From Octopus sinensis (Eukaryota): a stretch of 64,000 nucleotides of DNA. Below the pieces are notes generated by a model. It was not told the DNA's origin and did no database searches. It saw nothing but the letters and a program-made list of their open reading frames with translations. The stretch spans positions 37,324,001-37,388,000 of the forward strand of contig NC_043012.1 of the NCBI RefSeq assembly GCF_006345805.1. The letters run 5' to 3'. The position numbers and the translations under genes were made by a program. Positions 10,747 through 24,254 of the stretch are shown here, in pieces (the first letter of the stretch is position 1; each line of letters opens with the position of its first letter).

Positions 10747-12204
10747 TATGTGTCTGTGAAATGTATGATGTGTTTCTGTAAAGCTTCTGTGTACCAAATT
10801 CCACTCTCAAAGGTTTTGGTCAACTCAAGGTTATTAGTGTAGAAGACATCCAAAATGCAATGCGGCTGGACCAAGCCTGAGCCCTGCCATAACAAAGCAG
10901 ACCCTTTGACCATCCACCCAGCTACTTTGATTTTCATGTCCATATTATAGTTTGTTATGATATTTTTAGATTCCTTTGTGGAGTTTCAATAAATCTCTTT
11001 TGTTTGAGCTGAATTGTGTAAGCTGTCCTTCGCAAAAGAACAACAAACCTCCTCTCTGACTAATGCACTTGTTCCTCGTCAAGCTTTGTCATGTTCTCTT
11101 TTGTGTTGTGTCGGATATTTATTGCTGCAACTTTCACATATCAAATATTACTTAATGAACTTTCGATGTCCGCTTCTTAATTACTTCAACTCCCTCCTCA
11201 CTGTATTTCTGTTGAAATACGCTGTCTTTGTTTTAATTAATTTTGACAATCACTAAGAATTTATTGAAATAACTTTGTCATTACTAAGCTCGTGTTTGGA
11301 ACATGAATTAACATGAAATTTTGATGGGACATTTTAGTTTAGATCACTTTAAGCCTTTTGTTACCATATCTCTTGAATTAGTTATGAAAATGATGAAAAA
11401 CTTTGTAAAATAGCTGAAACAAGGAACTGATAAAAAAAGATTCATAGAAATAGTGTTGTTTGCTGGTAATTCTACCTGAAAGCATGTCCATCCTGTTTGT
11501 TGTTTGATAGACCGGGGGGGGGGGGAAATATTACCTTCCTTAAAAACAGGTGGGGGGGGAGGGATTACCAACGAGAAGAGTCTCTCCCACCCGAGGAAAA
11601 CAGATGTCAACAAAGTTTCTTGTAACCTATTCAAGCAATGAAAAACAGACATTAAAAACGATGGTAACGATGATGCTGATGATGATGATGATGATGATCA
11701 ATTAGTGCTTTGTTAATTAATTAGAAATGTTCAGTTTGCTCTCTGGTTTACTTTTTTTTGTTTTTTGTTTTTTTGTTTTTTTTCTTTCCCATAACAACTA
11801 GAGTCTGAGAACAAAACGGGTGGAAGTGAACATGAGTACTCAGAGTCACATGTGTGGCTTCGAAAAAACAACTTTGGATGAGAGAGTAGGAGGAGGAGGA
11901 GGGTGAGGGCAAGACAGTGAGGGGGAGGGGGAGTCATAAAAATAAATATATTTACTGTTTCAATGCAATGGTGTGAATTCCAACTCTAAAAATAAACCAA
12001 TAAATTCAGCTAACGACATTTGACGGCCATAAACTACGTTTCTTCAAAAGGTTCTTCCTTTGAGGAAATCTTGTTATTTTTTCCCCCAATACAGAAGCAA
12101 TACCTGCATGCAAGATTCCTTGATCTGCTAGAAATACAAGCTAAATTTTTGAAAATGTAGCCTTCTATCTGGATATTCAAGCCCAAGTTACAGCATTGTC
12201 AGTG

Positions 12205-12760
12205 AAGTCACATGGTTTAGTGGTTGAAGTATTCAGCTCCTGATTTTAAGGTCCTAAGTTTGGTCCCTGGTGGAACATTGTGTGCTTGAGCAAGGCACTT
12301 TGTTTCACATTTCTCCAGTCCACTCAGCTGGCAAAAAATGAGTTGTACCTGTAATTCACTGGGGAGGTCAGCCTTGTCACATTCCATGTGTTATGCTGAA
12401 CTTCTTTGAGAATTACATTAACCCTTTCGTTACCGTATTTCTTTTGAAATGCTCCATGTTTCTTTCAATTAATTTTAAATATAACAAAGAATTTAGTAAA
12501 ATAACTTCGTTATCATTAAGCTAGTGTTAGGAACATAAATTGTGACTAAGGTTTGGTGGAAGATTTTAATTCAGAACTTATGAAAACAAAACATTCGTAC
12601 TACAGAGCCAGAGGTGGTTTCAGCCAGGTTGATATCAAAAGGGTTAAGGGTATACATATCTGTGGAGTATTCAGCCATTTGCCCTTGAACTTCACGAGTG
12701 GGCTGTTCTGTTATTTGGATCAACCGGAACCTTTGTCGTCCTAACCGATAGAGTACCTGT
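12205..12760 (+). mobile_element. SINE family D interrupted by a piggyBac MITE
   Basis: tRNA-like head, TTGAGCAAGGCACTTTGTTTCACATTTCTCCAGTCCACTCAGCTG core. The tail resumes after 12647 (GGGTATACATATCTGTGGAG...GGATCAACCGGAACC), matching 2590-2700 (-). Confidence 0.65.
12418..12647 (+). mobile_element. piggyBac-type MITE, family P1, with TTAA TSD
   Basis: TTAA-CCCTTTCGTTACC ... GATATCAAAAGGG-TTAA, 222-bp core. Confidence 0.88.
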
Positions 12761-12863
12761 GAGTTATTCCCTTGTCTAAAAGATGGTCTGGTCATCACTT
12801 GAATTCCTTTCATCTGGGGCTTGACATGACTGATTAGATAAATGACATATTTAAAGGCGGTGA

Positions 12864-13070
12864 ACTAGTAGAATTGGTACCTTGCCAGACACAATGGTTT
12901 CTGGTTCAGTATGTGCTAAGTTCAAATACCACTGGGGTCAGCTTTTGCCTTTCATCTCTTCAGAGTTCATAAAATAAAGTACCAGTTGAGTACTGGTGGT
13001 GAGAGGTGGTGTGACTAAGAAAATTTGCTGGTCTTGTTCCAAAATCTGAAATTATTATTATTATTATTAT
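12864..13070 (+). mobile_element. SINE family B (diverged)
   Basis: AAGGCGGTGAACTAGTAGAAT head, AAGTTCAAATACC, TTTGCCTTTCATC, AAGTACCAGTTGAGTACTGG. Confidence 0.6.
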
Positions 13071-13080
13071 TATTTGGAGG

Positions 13081-13295
13081 CATCCAACTGCAAGAATTGT
13101 GCCAAAGCAAACCTTACTGGCACTCAGTCCACTCTGTAAAGAGGGTTGGTGCTAGGAAGAGCATCCAGCCGTAGAGACCCTGCCAAAAACTGACAGTGAA
13201 GCATGATACAGTCTTCTGGCTTGCCAGCTCTTGTCAACCCATCCAGCCTGTGCCAGCATGGAAAACAGATGTTAAACGATGATGATGATGATGAT
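13081..13295 (+). mobile_element. Family C retroposon 3' part with (ATG)n tail
   Basis: GTTGGTGCTAGGAAGAGCATCCAGCCGTAGAG ... CAGCATGGAAAACAGATGTTAAACGATGATGATG. Confidence 0.7.
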
Positions 13296-14212
13296 GGGAA
13301 TATCTAAACCCTAAACAGTTGTTCAGTGTTACAATATAATTTCCATTCAACTTCCATTTCGTTTAAACAGTGAATTTTCTTTATTGCTTTCGTCAGACTC
13401 CTCCTTAGTTTGACCTTGCCCTCCAGATAGCGTTACCGTTTCCAGAGCCAGCTATTTCCTGTTGTGCAATAAAAGAACGCATATAGTCTATGAATTTCTT
13501 CGTATTTTGCTGCCCATCAGATTGTAGTTGTTAGCTTTGTGAAGTATTTCTCGTCTCATTTGCTATTCATCTAGCTAAATAATTTTATTGATTTAAAAAA
13601 AAAAAAAAATAATTATTTGTTGAATTGTAATTACCTGGTCGTATGTAGAGCTATTTAGGATAACTACCTAGATATGAGTTCAACGATGGCCTAGCTGGCT
13701 GGCTAAAACTTCGAAGTCCCTATCAATACTATCATCATCATCAGCAGCATCATCTCTTGTTAATAAATCTGTACCCTACAAAAGTGTAGAGTAACCCATC
13801 AGATTAAATGTAAATTTGTTTTTATTATAACTAAACATAAAAACAAGCATTAATTCAAATCCACTGACAAGGTTTTGGTTGGTCCAAGGCTTATAGTAGA
13901 ATACACTTGCCCAAGGTGCCAGGGAGTGGGACTGAACCAGGAACCATGTGGCTGGGAGGCAAACCTCTTACCACACAACCACACCTGTGTCTATATGTTG
14001 ATTTTTTTTTCTATTTTTAAAATGGAATCTTATGGAATCATGTTTACCATAGTGCTGCTGCTGTGTGTGTGTGTGTGTGCGTGTGTGTGATTCATCTTCA
14101 TGTCTTGTACATGACGCCAATGTACAGACCTTTGTCATATCACCAAACTACTTTGTGTCTCATAAATGGCGACTATTCCTATGTGTCATAAGATTTTACT
14201 GTTTCATCACTC

Positions 14213-14257
<45 letters not shown>

Positions 14258-15950
14258 CATTACCTTAACTTGCCCTTTCTACTCTTATTGTGTACCTGAT
14301 TACCTCTCAAAAAATAACCTACTTTTCTATGTCAACTTTTCATTTTCATTACTTCGTTATCATTAAAAAAGACAACAACCACACAACAACAACAACAACA
14401 ACCTGTTCCATAAGAAAGTACTTGTGATCTTTTGTGTCTCGTTAGCTGCTGTACATCCAGGCCAGACTAATCTAACCAGTTAGACCGTTTAGAATTAGTG
14501 TTTCCACTGGTTTCTTTAGTCTCTCTCTAAATCTCTCAAAAGCCAAAACTTTTTATTTGTTTATTTATTTATTCATTTATTGTTTACTCTCTTAATTAGC
14601 CGTAGTTTTATTAGTTTTTCAAAAATAATTCATAAATCTCGTTTGTTCTAGACGATGATGATGTTGATGACCTTGAAGGTGTTAAAAAAAATCGCAAATA
14701 AAATTACCTCTGTCTTTTTACTAGTTTCATCATGTAGGCTGTGGCCATTCTAGAGTATTGTCATGTCAGGTGAGGGACGGAGGCATGTGCCATTGCCGTG
14801 TGTCACTGCAACCATCGTTTGTTTGTTTTTGCTCAGGTTGTCCGAGGCAGCCATTTGAGTGTTGACCATGTCATTACCCGTCCTCATTTACTGCGACCAT
14901 ATGGCATGTGACTGACCAACACGAACGGCCATCTCAGCTGAATTCTCAGAAAAGGGAACACAATATGCAGAACTGGACTTAGAAACTTGAGCAGCCTGAC
15001 CCCAAAGCAGTGTGATACGCTCAAATCATATAAGTAACAGGACACATCATAGTTTCTGAGTTTAGTTGTTGGTTGTATACAAAATCTGGCTAGTGGTAAC
15101 CCATAACCCTGTAGGGCTTCCTGATACCAAAGGAGTTCAGGTGGCTCCTAAGGGCCGAACAATGTCCAAATCTCATAACTATATAGCAAAACAAGAAGGA
15201 CCAGAGACCTGAAAACTGGAACCTTTGCCCCATCTGCTCAGATATCGGCAGTGCCAAATATCCATGTCTATGATAAAATATTAAGATAATTTATTTTAAA
15301 TTGTTTTAAATCAGCTTTGTTGTAATTAGTGGCCATTGTAAACACTGTTTGTTATTTTTGTTCTCCAAAAGCTGCTGTGGAAGTTAATGAATAGTTTGTT
15401 ATATCTAAGTGACCAGTTGATACCAATGTTTACTTAACTAAAACACAATTTTAACTTACATGAGAAGCAGTGCTTATGTTTTGACTAGGAATTTTTATTA
15501 GTGCCATGGTAAATTACATTCTATTAAATGTTGGGTTGAGAAGTTTCCTTTAGTCTTGTCAAAGACCCGACAATCTCACTAGCTCCTGGCTCACTCTGTA
15601 AAGGGGTCAGTTTTAAGGAAGGGTATCCAGCTGCAGAAACAAAACCAAAAATTAAGCTGATGAGTGAAATGTGGTCCTCTGACCCATATTGGAGCTTGGC
15701 AGCAAGCCATCCTAACGCATACAGGCATTGGAAAATGGACATAGAATAATGGTGATGATGAGCAGCTGTTGATCCCTGACATTCATCAATGATGTAAATT
15801 AATATTAAAATTTAAAACAGGGTTTTTCTCTCATTCAATCATTGTCGCATTTGTTTTTAGTAGCAAACAAAAAAAAAAAGTATTCACAAATATTTTTTTT
15901 AATAAAATATTTACTGACATTTATTAATATTTTGTTTTAATAAGGCAGCC

Positions 15951-16150
15951 AACAGGCAGAACCATTTGGGCAAAATGCTTAGCAGCATTTTATCTGTCTT
16001 TGCGTTCTGAGTTCAAATTCTGCAAAGGTCAACTCTGTCTTTCATCCTTTCGTGGGGTCAATAAAATAATTACCAGTTGAATGCTGGGGGTCGATATAAT
16101 TGACTAGCCCTCACCTGCAAAATTGCCAAAAAATTCTGCCAAAATTTGAT
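15951..16150 (+). mobile_element. SINE family B
   Basis: GTTCTGAGTTCAAATTC, GTCAACTCTGTCTTTCATCCTTTCGTGGGGTCAATAAAATAATTACCAG. Confidence 0.7.
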
Positions 16151-17171
16151 ACCAGTTTTTTGTTTTAATAAAATTTTTACTAACATTTATTAATATCAAC
16201 AAATATTTTATTTTTAATAAACTATTTACCAATATTCATTTGTGTGTCCTTTGCGTCATCAGTTCTCCATTTTCAAAATGCAAACACCTCCCAACTCCAC
16301 TACATTGCAGAAATGTTGGAATTCCTCAGTGTGGAACATTTTTTTCATTGAAGTCAATGGCTAATATGTTCCATGTTACAGAATTTCATGTCATGGCATG
16401 GTTATCAGAAATGCCAGCCTTCTGTAACAAGGGATGGATGCCTCTACACTGTATCTTCATATATTTCACCTGTGAGTGCCATCTTTCCTCTACCGTACTG
16501 TTGAGTCATTTCTGGGCAAATGGAATTGATCTCTTTCATCAGGTGCCATATTTATGACACTGTGCTTGTGTTGGACTTGAACTCATTTATATTTATTTCA
16601 TACAGGCTTCCAACCCACTTAGCCCTTTTGATTCCAACTCACCTGAGACCATGGAGGTGCATCACTTAATGGTTAGAGTGTTGCAGTCATGATTGTAAGA
16701 TTGTGGTTTCAATTCCTGGACCAGGTGACACATTGTGGTCTTGAGTAAATCACTTCATTTCATGTTGCTCTAGTCCACTCAAAAAGGAGTGACCCGACAC
16801 TGGACTCCTCACCTGTCCAGGTGAAGAGGAATTTATACTCCATGGAAACTGGGAAACCAGCCCTTATGAGTCTCTATGACTCAAGAAGGTAGCCTTTACC
16901 TTTTATCTACCTGAGGCCACACCTGGCTCTATGACACAGCATTCCTATTTCAGAAACGATCGAAATTAAAAACCTTCCTTCAAAATTCTGTTTTGATTTA
17001 TGTTCAAAACACCAGCTTAGTTATAATAAAGTTTTTTTTACTAATTTTTCCATTAGTTTCAAAATCAATTAAAACAAAGGCAGTGAATTTCAACAAGACT
17101 CTGGTGACAAAAAGTGTGAATCCACCCTGTTATGGGGCTGTAGGTCTGTAGGACAGATTTATTAATCACAT

Positions 17172-17425
17172 CTGTAGTTCTCAACTATTTTTTTGCTTAT
17201 AGACCCCCCCCCCCCCCACACCCATTTGGGTCTTATTTTACTGTACCGGATGCTCATAGTAATTCGTTGTATATGAAACAAATGCTATTTTATTTTTATA
17301 GTCAGAAGTTATTAGGAATTTTTAAAAATATTTAAAATATTTTGTGTCTTGTAAAATTATAACCAATTTCTTGCATAAGAATTTTAACAACAAAATCTTA
17401 CATGGACCCTTGTTGAGAGCCACAT
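17172..17425. mobile_element. Old hAT (Charlie-type) MITE
   Basis: Ends CTGTAGTTCTCAAC / GTTGAGAGCCACAT resemble CAGTGGTTCTCAAC termini. Flanks AATCACAT / AATTAAAT are a 6/8 match for an 8-bp TSD. Confidence 0.5.
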
Positions 17426-18050
17426 AATTAAATCATCATCATCATCTTCATCATTTAATGATGATAAAACGTATTTTAAGAAATGGCAATTATTGTGAGA
17501 TAAACACTGCATCAAGCCCAAAGTGTCAATGGTGCTTACAAAAGACTATGACTTCTGTGGTAGTCACCCACCACACCACCTTATGCTTGCATCTATACTT
17601 ATAGGGATAAGACAGACATTTATTGTCAGTTTGCTGTGTTGGCAGAGAAGAAGATCTAAAGTGTCTGTAGACAATGTAACTTCAGAACTGTGTTTCTGGG
17701 GTAACGTGACACCACATTTTCATCCCAGTCAAGAGATGAAAGATTAAAAGAGTGGTGTATGAAACATGCCAGCTCTGTATGCTTGCAGAACAGTTTATAT
17801 AGAGAAGGGGGTACCTCTTAGTGATTTAGAGTTACAGAGGAGCATTCAGAAAACTCTGTTTAATCAGGGGTGAAACAACAAAATGAAGAATTTTAGAATA
17901 TGGTTAGAGATTGTATGTCGGAGTGGAATAAAGAATCAGTGAAGACAATGGAAAAGAAAAGAGGCAGCACCAAGAATCAAGTGAGTAGGATTGGTGTCGG
18001 GTGGAGGGGACGGGGGTAGAAATATGGGTTTTATTATCAAATATAGGTTT

Positions 18051-18262
18051 AAAGGGGTGAGCTGGCGGAATCATTAGCAGCATTTTGTCTGTCTTTATGT
18101 TCTGAGGTCAAATTTTGCCTTGCATCCTTTCAGGGTCGATAAAATAAGTACCAGTTGATCACTGGGTGGGAGATGGGGGTGGGGGTGTTTGTGTCAATGT
18201 AATTAACTCCCCCTCCCCCCAAATTACTCATCTTGTGCCAAAATTTGAAACCATTATTAAGT
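18051..18262 (+). mobile_element. SINE family B
   Basis: AAAGGGGTGAGCTGGCGGAATCATTAGC, CATCCTTTCAGGGTCGATAAAATAAGTACCAGTTG, TTGTGCCAAAATTTGAAACCATTATT. Confidence 0.7.
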
Positions 18263-19321
18263 ATAGGTTTACATAGAATTGCATTTGACAAACATTTGTT
18301 CTACAGGGCACTTTGGTGTATCAGATAAATTCTTTGGAACCTTACATTAAGTAATTGCAGCATCAGATCCAACTTCTATACACAAATAGGGCAAATATGG
18401 CACCTGACAAAAATGGTAATGGAATTGTTTCCACACACATACACACAAACACACACACACACACACACATACACATAATATCTCTCTGTAAATAATATCT
18501 CTACAATCTCTAGTATATTTTTATATGAAATATATTATGTAAATATATCATCTTACTCATACATGTGTTTAATATTTCTCATCAACATCGGCAGATCTCT
18601 ATACATAGATAAATAATATCGCTAATCAAATACTATTTTTTCTACATAAAACTGTGTATGAACAGTTTGATGTGACTGTTTAACATTCTTCCTTCATGTT
18701 TTCTGCTGAAACGGTCAACTGGCGGAATTGCTAGAATAGTGGCTATTTGCCTTGTGCCATATGTTCCTGCTCATTGTATTTTGAGTTCAAATCCTGTCAA
18801 AGTCAACCGTACCTATGATCCTTTAGGAGCAAATGAATAAAAAAATAAAAAGGAAGGGCAGGGGGGAATTTCCTCCCTCCTCCCTCTCTCTCTCTCTCTC
18901 ACCTTTGCTCTTTCCCTCTCATAATCAGCTGATCTCTGCTTGGTCGTATTCATTCCAATAAGGATGCCAACTGGACCCATTCTTGGGGGAAACTGGACTT
19001 AAGGGGCTGGCAAACTACCTTGCTAACCTAGAAACAAATGCAGTGCACAAGGATGGGTTGATGTGTGATGCAACCCAAGAGGGGGTTATGATCCTTGTGG
19101 ATGGCTCAAGGTGTGGCACAGTCCTCAAAGCAGGTGTGGTGCATACCAATAAGCCAGTGTGTGACTCAGCACGACGAAGACTAATGACTAAACATATTTA
19201 CTTCCTACATGTTTGATCTTACCGGTTTTTCACAACTTTAGGTTATCAATCAACTACCTCACCATCACTATTATCATTATTATACGTTTAACCTTTGCTT
19301 ATAATAATAATGATATTATTA

Positions 19322-19362
<41 letters not shown>

Positions 19363-20060
19363 GACATCGCACAGTATACAATATCGTGAGGTTGTTAATT
19401 GAAGATATTATATCTACTGGGTTTTTGTACTGTTTGTCAAGTCATACCAAGGACCTCAAACAAAGAGTACCTTACTCAATATGCATGCAGTTCCAAGTAA
19501 TGCCGACTTTTGCAATACACCTAGATTGTAGGGCATTTCTAAGGTTTTCAAATGTTTTTTTCAGACTGGGTGGTATTGAACCCAATGCTCCGATGACAAT
19601 AGGGACAACCTTTATGTTTGACTCTCGTAGCTGCCACACCTTAGCAATCTCAATTCTCAGGTCTCCATATTTATCAACCATTTCTTTTTCTTCCATGATG
19701 ATAGGTGGATCTCCTGGCACAGCCACATCGATTATTTGGCCCTCTTGTTTGTCCCTCCTAAAGGTTACTATATCCGCCCTTCGGTGCTCTGACACCTTGT
19801 CTGTCTGAAAGTCAAAGTCCCAGAGGATCTTTGCCTTCCTCTTTTCGTTCATTACCTTTTCCGGTGTATGTTGGTACCAAGCACCCGTAACCTCACATCC
19901 ATACTTACGGCATAGCAGCCAGTGGAGGTTTTGGGCTACCTTGTCTGCGAAAGACTTCCACAAGCACTGACAATGTGAGTCATGCTTTTGACCCTCTTCC
20001 GATGCACTTGTGTGGTTTATATGTTCTTTTTCACTGAGTTGGTATTCAATGCCTTGTCCT
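19363..20060 (-). mobile_element. R4/Dong-clade non-LTR retrotransposon 3' end (restriction-like endonuclease), 5'-truncated
   Basis: KVAQNLHWLLCRKYG..KILWDFDFQTD..RRADIV..IIDVAVPGD..KE..KYGDLRIEI..VVPIVIGALG is the PD-(D/E)xK REL domain. MTHIVSAC, a zinc-knuckle remnant, lies in another frame. Flanked by (TAA)n. Confidence 0.8.
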
Positions 20061-21096
20061 ATTATTATTATTGTTATTGTTATTGTTATAGTCATTTTCC
20101 ATGCTAACAATGTTAGTTGACAATCTCTTTCAACTCTGTATCTGTTTGCCATTTCCTCTTGTTGGCTCCACCTCTCTACACTCCATTGTTAAATACGCCT
20201 CATTTAGTAAACTTCCATTTTTTAAAACCTAAGCCAACTCACATCTTCAAATCATTCTGTAACATTGACATGAAGTCTAAACAGACCACAGCAAGTGCAG
20301 TGTGAGCTTTCAAGATTAAACCACATTAAAAATCTGAAGTGTTGTACTCTAAGATCTAAAACTCGTCCCTTTTTTGAGTATAACTCTATAATAAGTAACA
20401 CTCCTTCGACTCCAGAGTCCAGCTGTTGCCCTCAGGTAATATAGAATAAAATTAGTGACTTATTTAATTTCTTTCGGAATATTTTGTTGCTAAATTTATA
20501 TTATTTTGATTTTTAATTTTAAAATTTTGCAATTTTTGTTTCATCATCATCATCATCATCATCATCATCGTTTAACGTCCGTTTTCCGGACATTTCTGAA
20601 TTAATATGAAGATGTTAGATGTTTATCTGGCCAGGTTATTCTTTTTTTAAATATTGTTGAGGCTTGGATGGGTGGTTAAGAAACTAGCTTCCTAGTCACA
20701 TGGTTTCAATCTCATTATGGGGGACTTTGGGCAAATGTTTTTTACTATAGCCCTGGGCAGACCAAAGTTTTGTGAGTAGATTTGGTTAATGGAAACTGAA
20801 AGAAGTCAACTCTACGTGTGTGTGTGTGTGTGTGTGTTGTCTCAGAATCATGTGATAACTGTGTATGAGTATGACGGTGTGTCATACAAGTTTTGTCATT
20901 CATTTCCAGTATTCCATGAAAACATAACCATGATTGGCAACAGGTGAGGGTTGGCAACAGGATGGGCATTCAGCTGTAGAAAATTTGCCTCAACAAAATC
21001 TAATCTGATCCACGCAAGTGGGGAAAAGTAGACTTTAAAACAATGAAGATGATATAATTTTACAAACTTCAGGATAATATAGATCTGTAAAAATGT

Positions 21097-21326
21097 TTAA
21101 CTCTTTTGTTACCATATTTCTGTTGAGATACTCTGTGTTTCTTTCAATTAATTTTAAATATAACAAAGAATTTAGTAAAATAACTTAGTTATCATTAAGC
21201 TTGGGTCAGGAACATAAATTGTGAATAAGGTTTGGTGGAAGATTTTAATTCAGAACTTTTGAAAACAAGACATTTGTACTACAGAGTCAGAGGTGGTTTC
21301 AGCTGGTTTGGTACCAAAAGGGTTAA
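21097..21326 (+). mobile_element. piggyBac-type MITE, family P1
   Basis: TTAA-CTCTTTTGTTACC ... GGTACCAAAAGGG-TTAA; interior matches 12418-12647. Confidence 0.85.
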
Positions 21327-21546
21327 GAAATCAATATATCTGATTATCTACCTTCACATGTGAGACTCAAATGTTGTGCTGTTGGATGGTATTTTACCTT
21401 CTCTGTCTTTGAGATTCCCAGGCTGCTTTAAATCTTCAATGTTCAAACTAGCCTGAGCTGGCCTCTCACACCTACCCTAAAATGTCATTTTAAAATTCAA
21501 CAATCACATCACCACACTCTCAAAGCTATTATGAGATGATGCAGGA

Positions 21547-21925
21547 TTAACTCTTTAGCATTTAAATTAGCCACATCCAACCCAAATATTCTACTTGTTT
21601 TAATGTTCAAACCTATTAGATCTGACATCTCACACTTACCCTACAATGTCATTCTAAGAATCAAACAATCACATAATTGAAATCTTGAAGCTACAAGATA
21701 GTAAATGCTTACCGTATTTTAATGTGTATAAGGAACCTCCTAATTTTTGGGACTTAAAATTCGGTAAAAAGGTCTTGTAATTGATTTTATAAGAAACTTT
21801 CATATTCTTTAAACCTAATTTTGACAAAAAAGGCTTCCTTATACACCTTAAAATATGGTAATTCAAAACAATGTGAATAAATAAGCATCACATTTGACAG
21901 AGTAATCAGTATGCTAAATGGTTAA
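21547..21925 (+). mobile_element. piggyBac-type MITE, family P2, hosting a nested Tc2-like MITE
   Basis: TTAACTCTTTAGCAT ... ATGCTAAATGGTTAA. The interior (CTCACACTTACCCTACAATGTCATTCTAA) is shared with about 33000-33210 (-), 49100-49260 and 55045-55210 (-). Confidence 0.7.
21710..21860. mobile_element. Tc2/pogo-type MITE with TA TSD
   Basis: TA-CCGTATTTTAATGTGTATAAGG ... CCTTATACACCTTAAAATATGG-TA; 22 of 24 bases match as an inverted repeat including the TA. Confidence 0.8.
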
Positions 21926-24254
21926 TATACTGGTGCCATGTCTAAAGCTGTGGTATCATATAGAACTCTGGTTTTTTAGATCTGTAACACATAACCAGAA
22001 AACTGTTGAAGACTGTGAGCAGACCTATTGATTAGTTGCTAGGTGTGCAATAGGTACCGACTAGGTTTTAATTTTAAATTATTGATTCTTCAGTTGTGTT
22101 TTTTTTTATATATATTTTGTGGGTTTTTTTTTACTTTTTTACTGATTGATACAAGAAACAGTTTGACTGGAACAGGCTTCTCTGGAAACTGTGCAGTCAG
22201 CTGGTGCAGATTAATCGCAATGGAAATTTAAGAAACCTGACATAGATTTACTGCTTTAAGTGCTCCTCATTCTTTGATGAATGTGTGTGTGTGGAGGCAA
22301 AGGAAGAATATGGATTCTTTTAATGGAAAGTAGAAGATGATTCCTGTCGCTTCTTTAATGGCGGCAGAGTTTGGGGTAGAAAAAGGGTAGAAGACTATAT
22401 AGAATTGTCAACGTAGATCAAGCAGGGCAATGATCAATGGCATTCCACCCATGAACATTCCATCTTGTTTCTTGTACATAGAAGTACATTTTCTGATGTC
22501 CCATTCTTACGTAAAATGGCAAGATGTGATTTGAAGGAAATTTGGCTGTTATTTCTAGCAGGTCAAGTGACTGTCTACTGCAGTCATGAACAAACTGTAG
22601 CCCATGGGGCTTTCTGAATAGCACACCTAATGGAAAATTATCTTGAATTTCTTTTAGTAATGTAGCCCACTTGATGACAAACGCTGTCTCATGTGGCCCA
22701 CACGATGATGAAGCGTGTCTCATGCTGTCCACTTCTTGAAGAAGGTCATGAATGCCTGTGACCTGGTGTCTCCCTTCTTCATTTGCTTCTTTGAAGAATT
22801 GTTGTTTTGGTTATTGCCAGCCAACACATGTCTCGTCCTCATAGGATGATGTAAGGGGTGTGGGATGATAGGAACAAGGGTTGTACCGTGACTTCAGATG
22901 AAAGAAACATAACGTTAGTAGTAGAAGTGACAACAGGGGAAGCTAAAGTCCAAGAGTGGACATTGGAAAGAACTCCAGCCTGTTGTTGATACAAGTGCAG
23001 TATATTGGTTTGGGTGGAAGGGATATAAACCCCAGAAGTCTCTTGATTTATTCATGTTTTGGGTAAATTTATATTCTGTATAAATTTGGACCAATTTTTA
23101 TCCAAAATACCAGAGGGACCTCCATTGTAGCAGTTAGGCATGAAGAAGAGCAGCTCCGAAGTCCAACTCGCTAATTTACCATGAAACAGCAGAGGCAAAA
23201 AAACCCCTAAACAAAGTGAAAGGTAGTGCTCCAGCATGGCTCCAGCTTCTAGCTGAAACCAGTAAAATAAATAAAAGAAATATATGAAGTTAGCTGCTGT
23301 TTAGAGATGAAGAAATTTTCAGTTCTATAAATGAGAACCGTCATTCTCTGTGATACAAGTTTGGTTATGTGAAGAATGGTTGGCCTTCATGGTATGTCAA
23401 AGAGTTTGTGAGTGGTTGGTGCTGAGTAATTTCTTATGAGTAATGTAAGCTGTGGTTTTAGCTTATGTGGCAGCAACACAACTGCAGGTAAACATTTGGG
23501 ATGAGGGTTGGTCGTATGTGGGTTGGCCGTGTGCAGGATGTGTTGGGTGGGTGGGTGGTTTATTTGGCAATCTTAGCTCAGCTGGAAATGAATAAACGTT
23601 TAGGCTGCCATGAATAATCAACAAAGAATTAGTGAAAATATGGTTAATTAATCAAATTGTATCATTGCTGTGTGATATTTTAATAATATCACCATCACAG
23701 ATTGTTTTGGTGGTAGTGGTCGTCGTGGTGGGGTTACCCTGTTGGTGGTGCAGATTCTGGAATGTCTGTAAAGCAGAGAAAAGGTTTGAGTGTGAGTAAT
23801 GTCAAATGATCAAAGACTAAAGGTAGATGGATCGATTGATGTAGGAGGCTGTTACTTGTCCACCATGTTTAGTTCTAGTCACAGGTAGATACCAACCTGC
23901 ATTCTATTACTCGTCAGAAGCTCACTTTTGGCATCTCTTGTTATATTTTCTATCTAAAAGTCTGTTACTGTGGTTAATTAATGATTAATTATTAATTTAG
24001 TCAATTGGAAGAGGTAATTAGGATCATCAATAATTGTCTTTGTTTAAAATAATTTTCATGATTGAAAAAACTGCAACGTGATGGGCATGTCCCATCGAAA
24101 GCCCTGGTTCTTTTCCAGTTCCTATGGTTAAGGAGTGTTAAGTTTAGCGCTCAACCCTTCCGTTACTATGTCTCTGCTGAAATATATTGCCTTCGTTTTA
24201 ATTCATGTTGAAAATTAATGAAAAATTTGTTAAAATAACTTTATCCAAGAAGTT

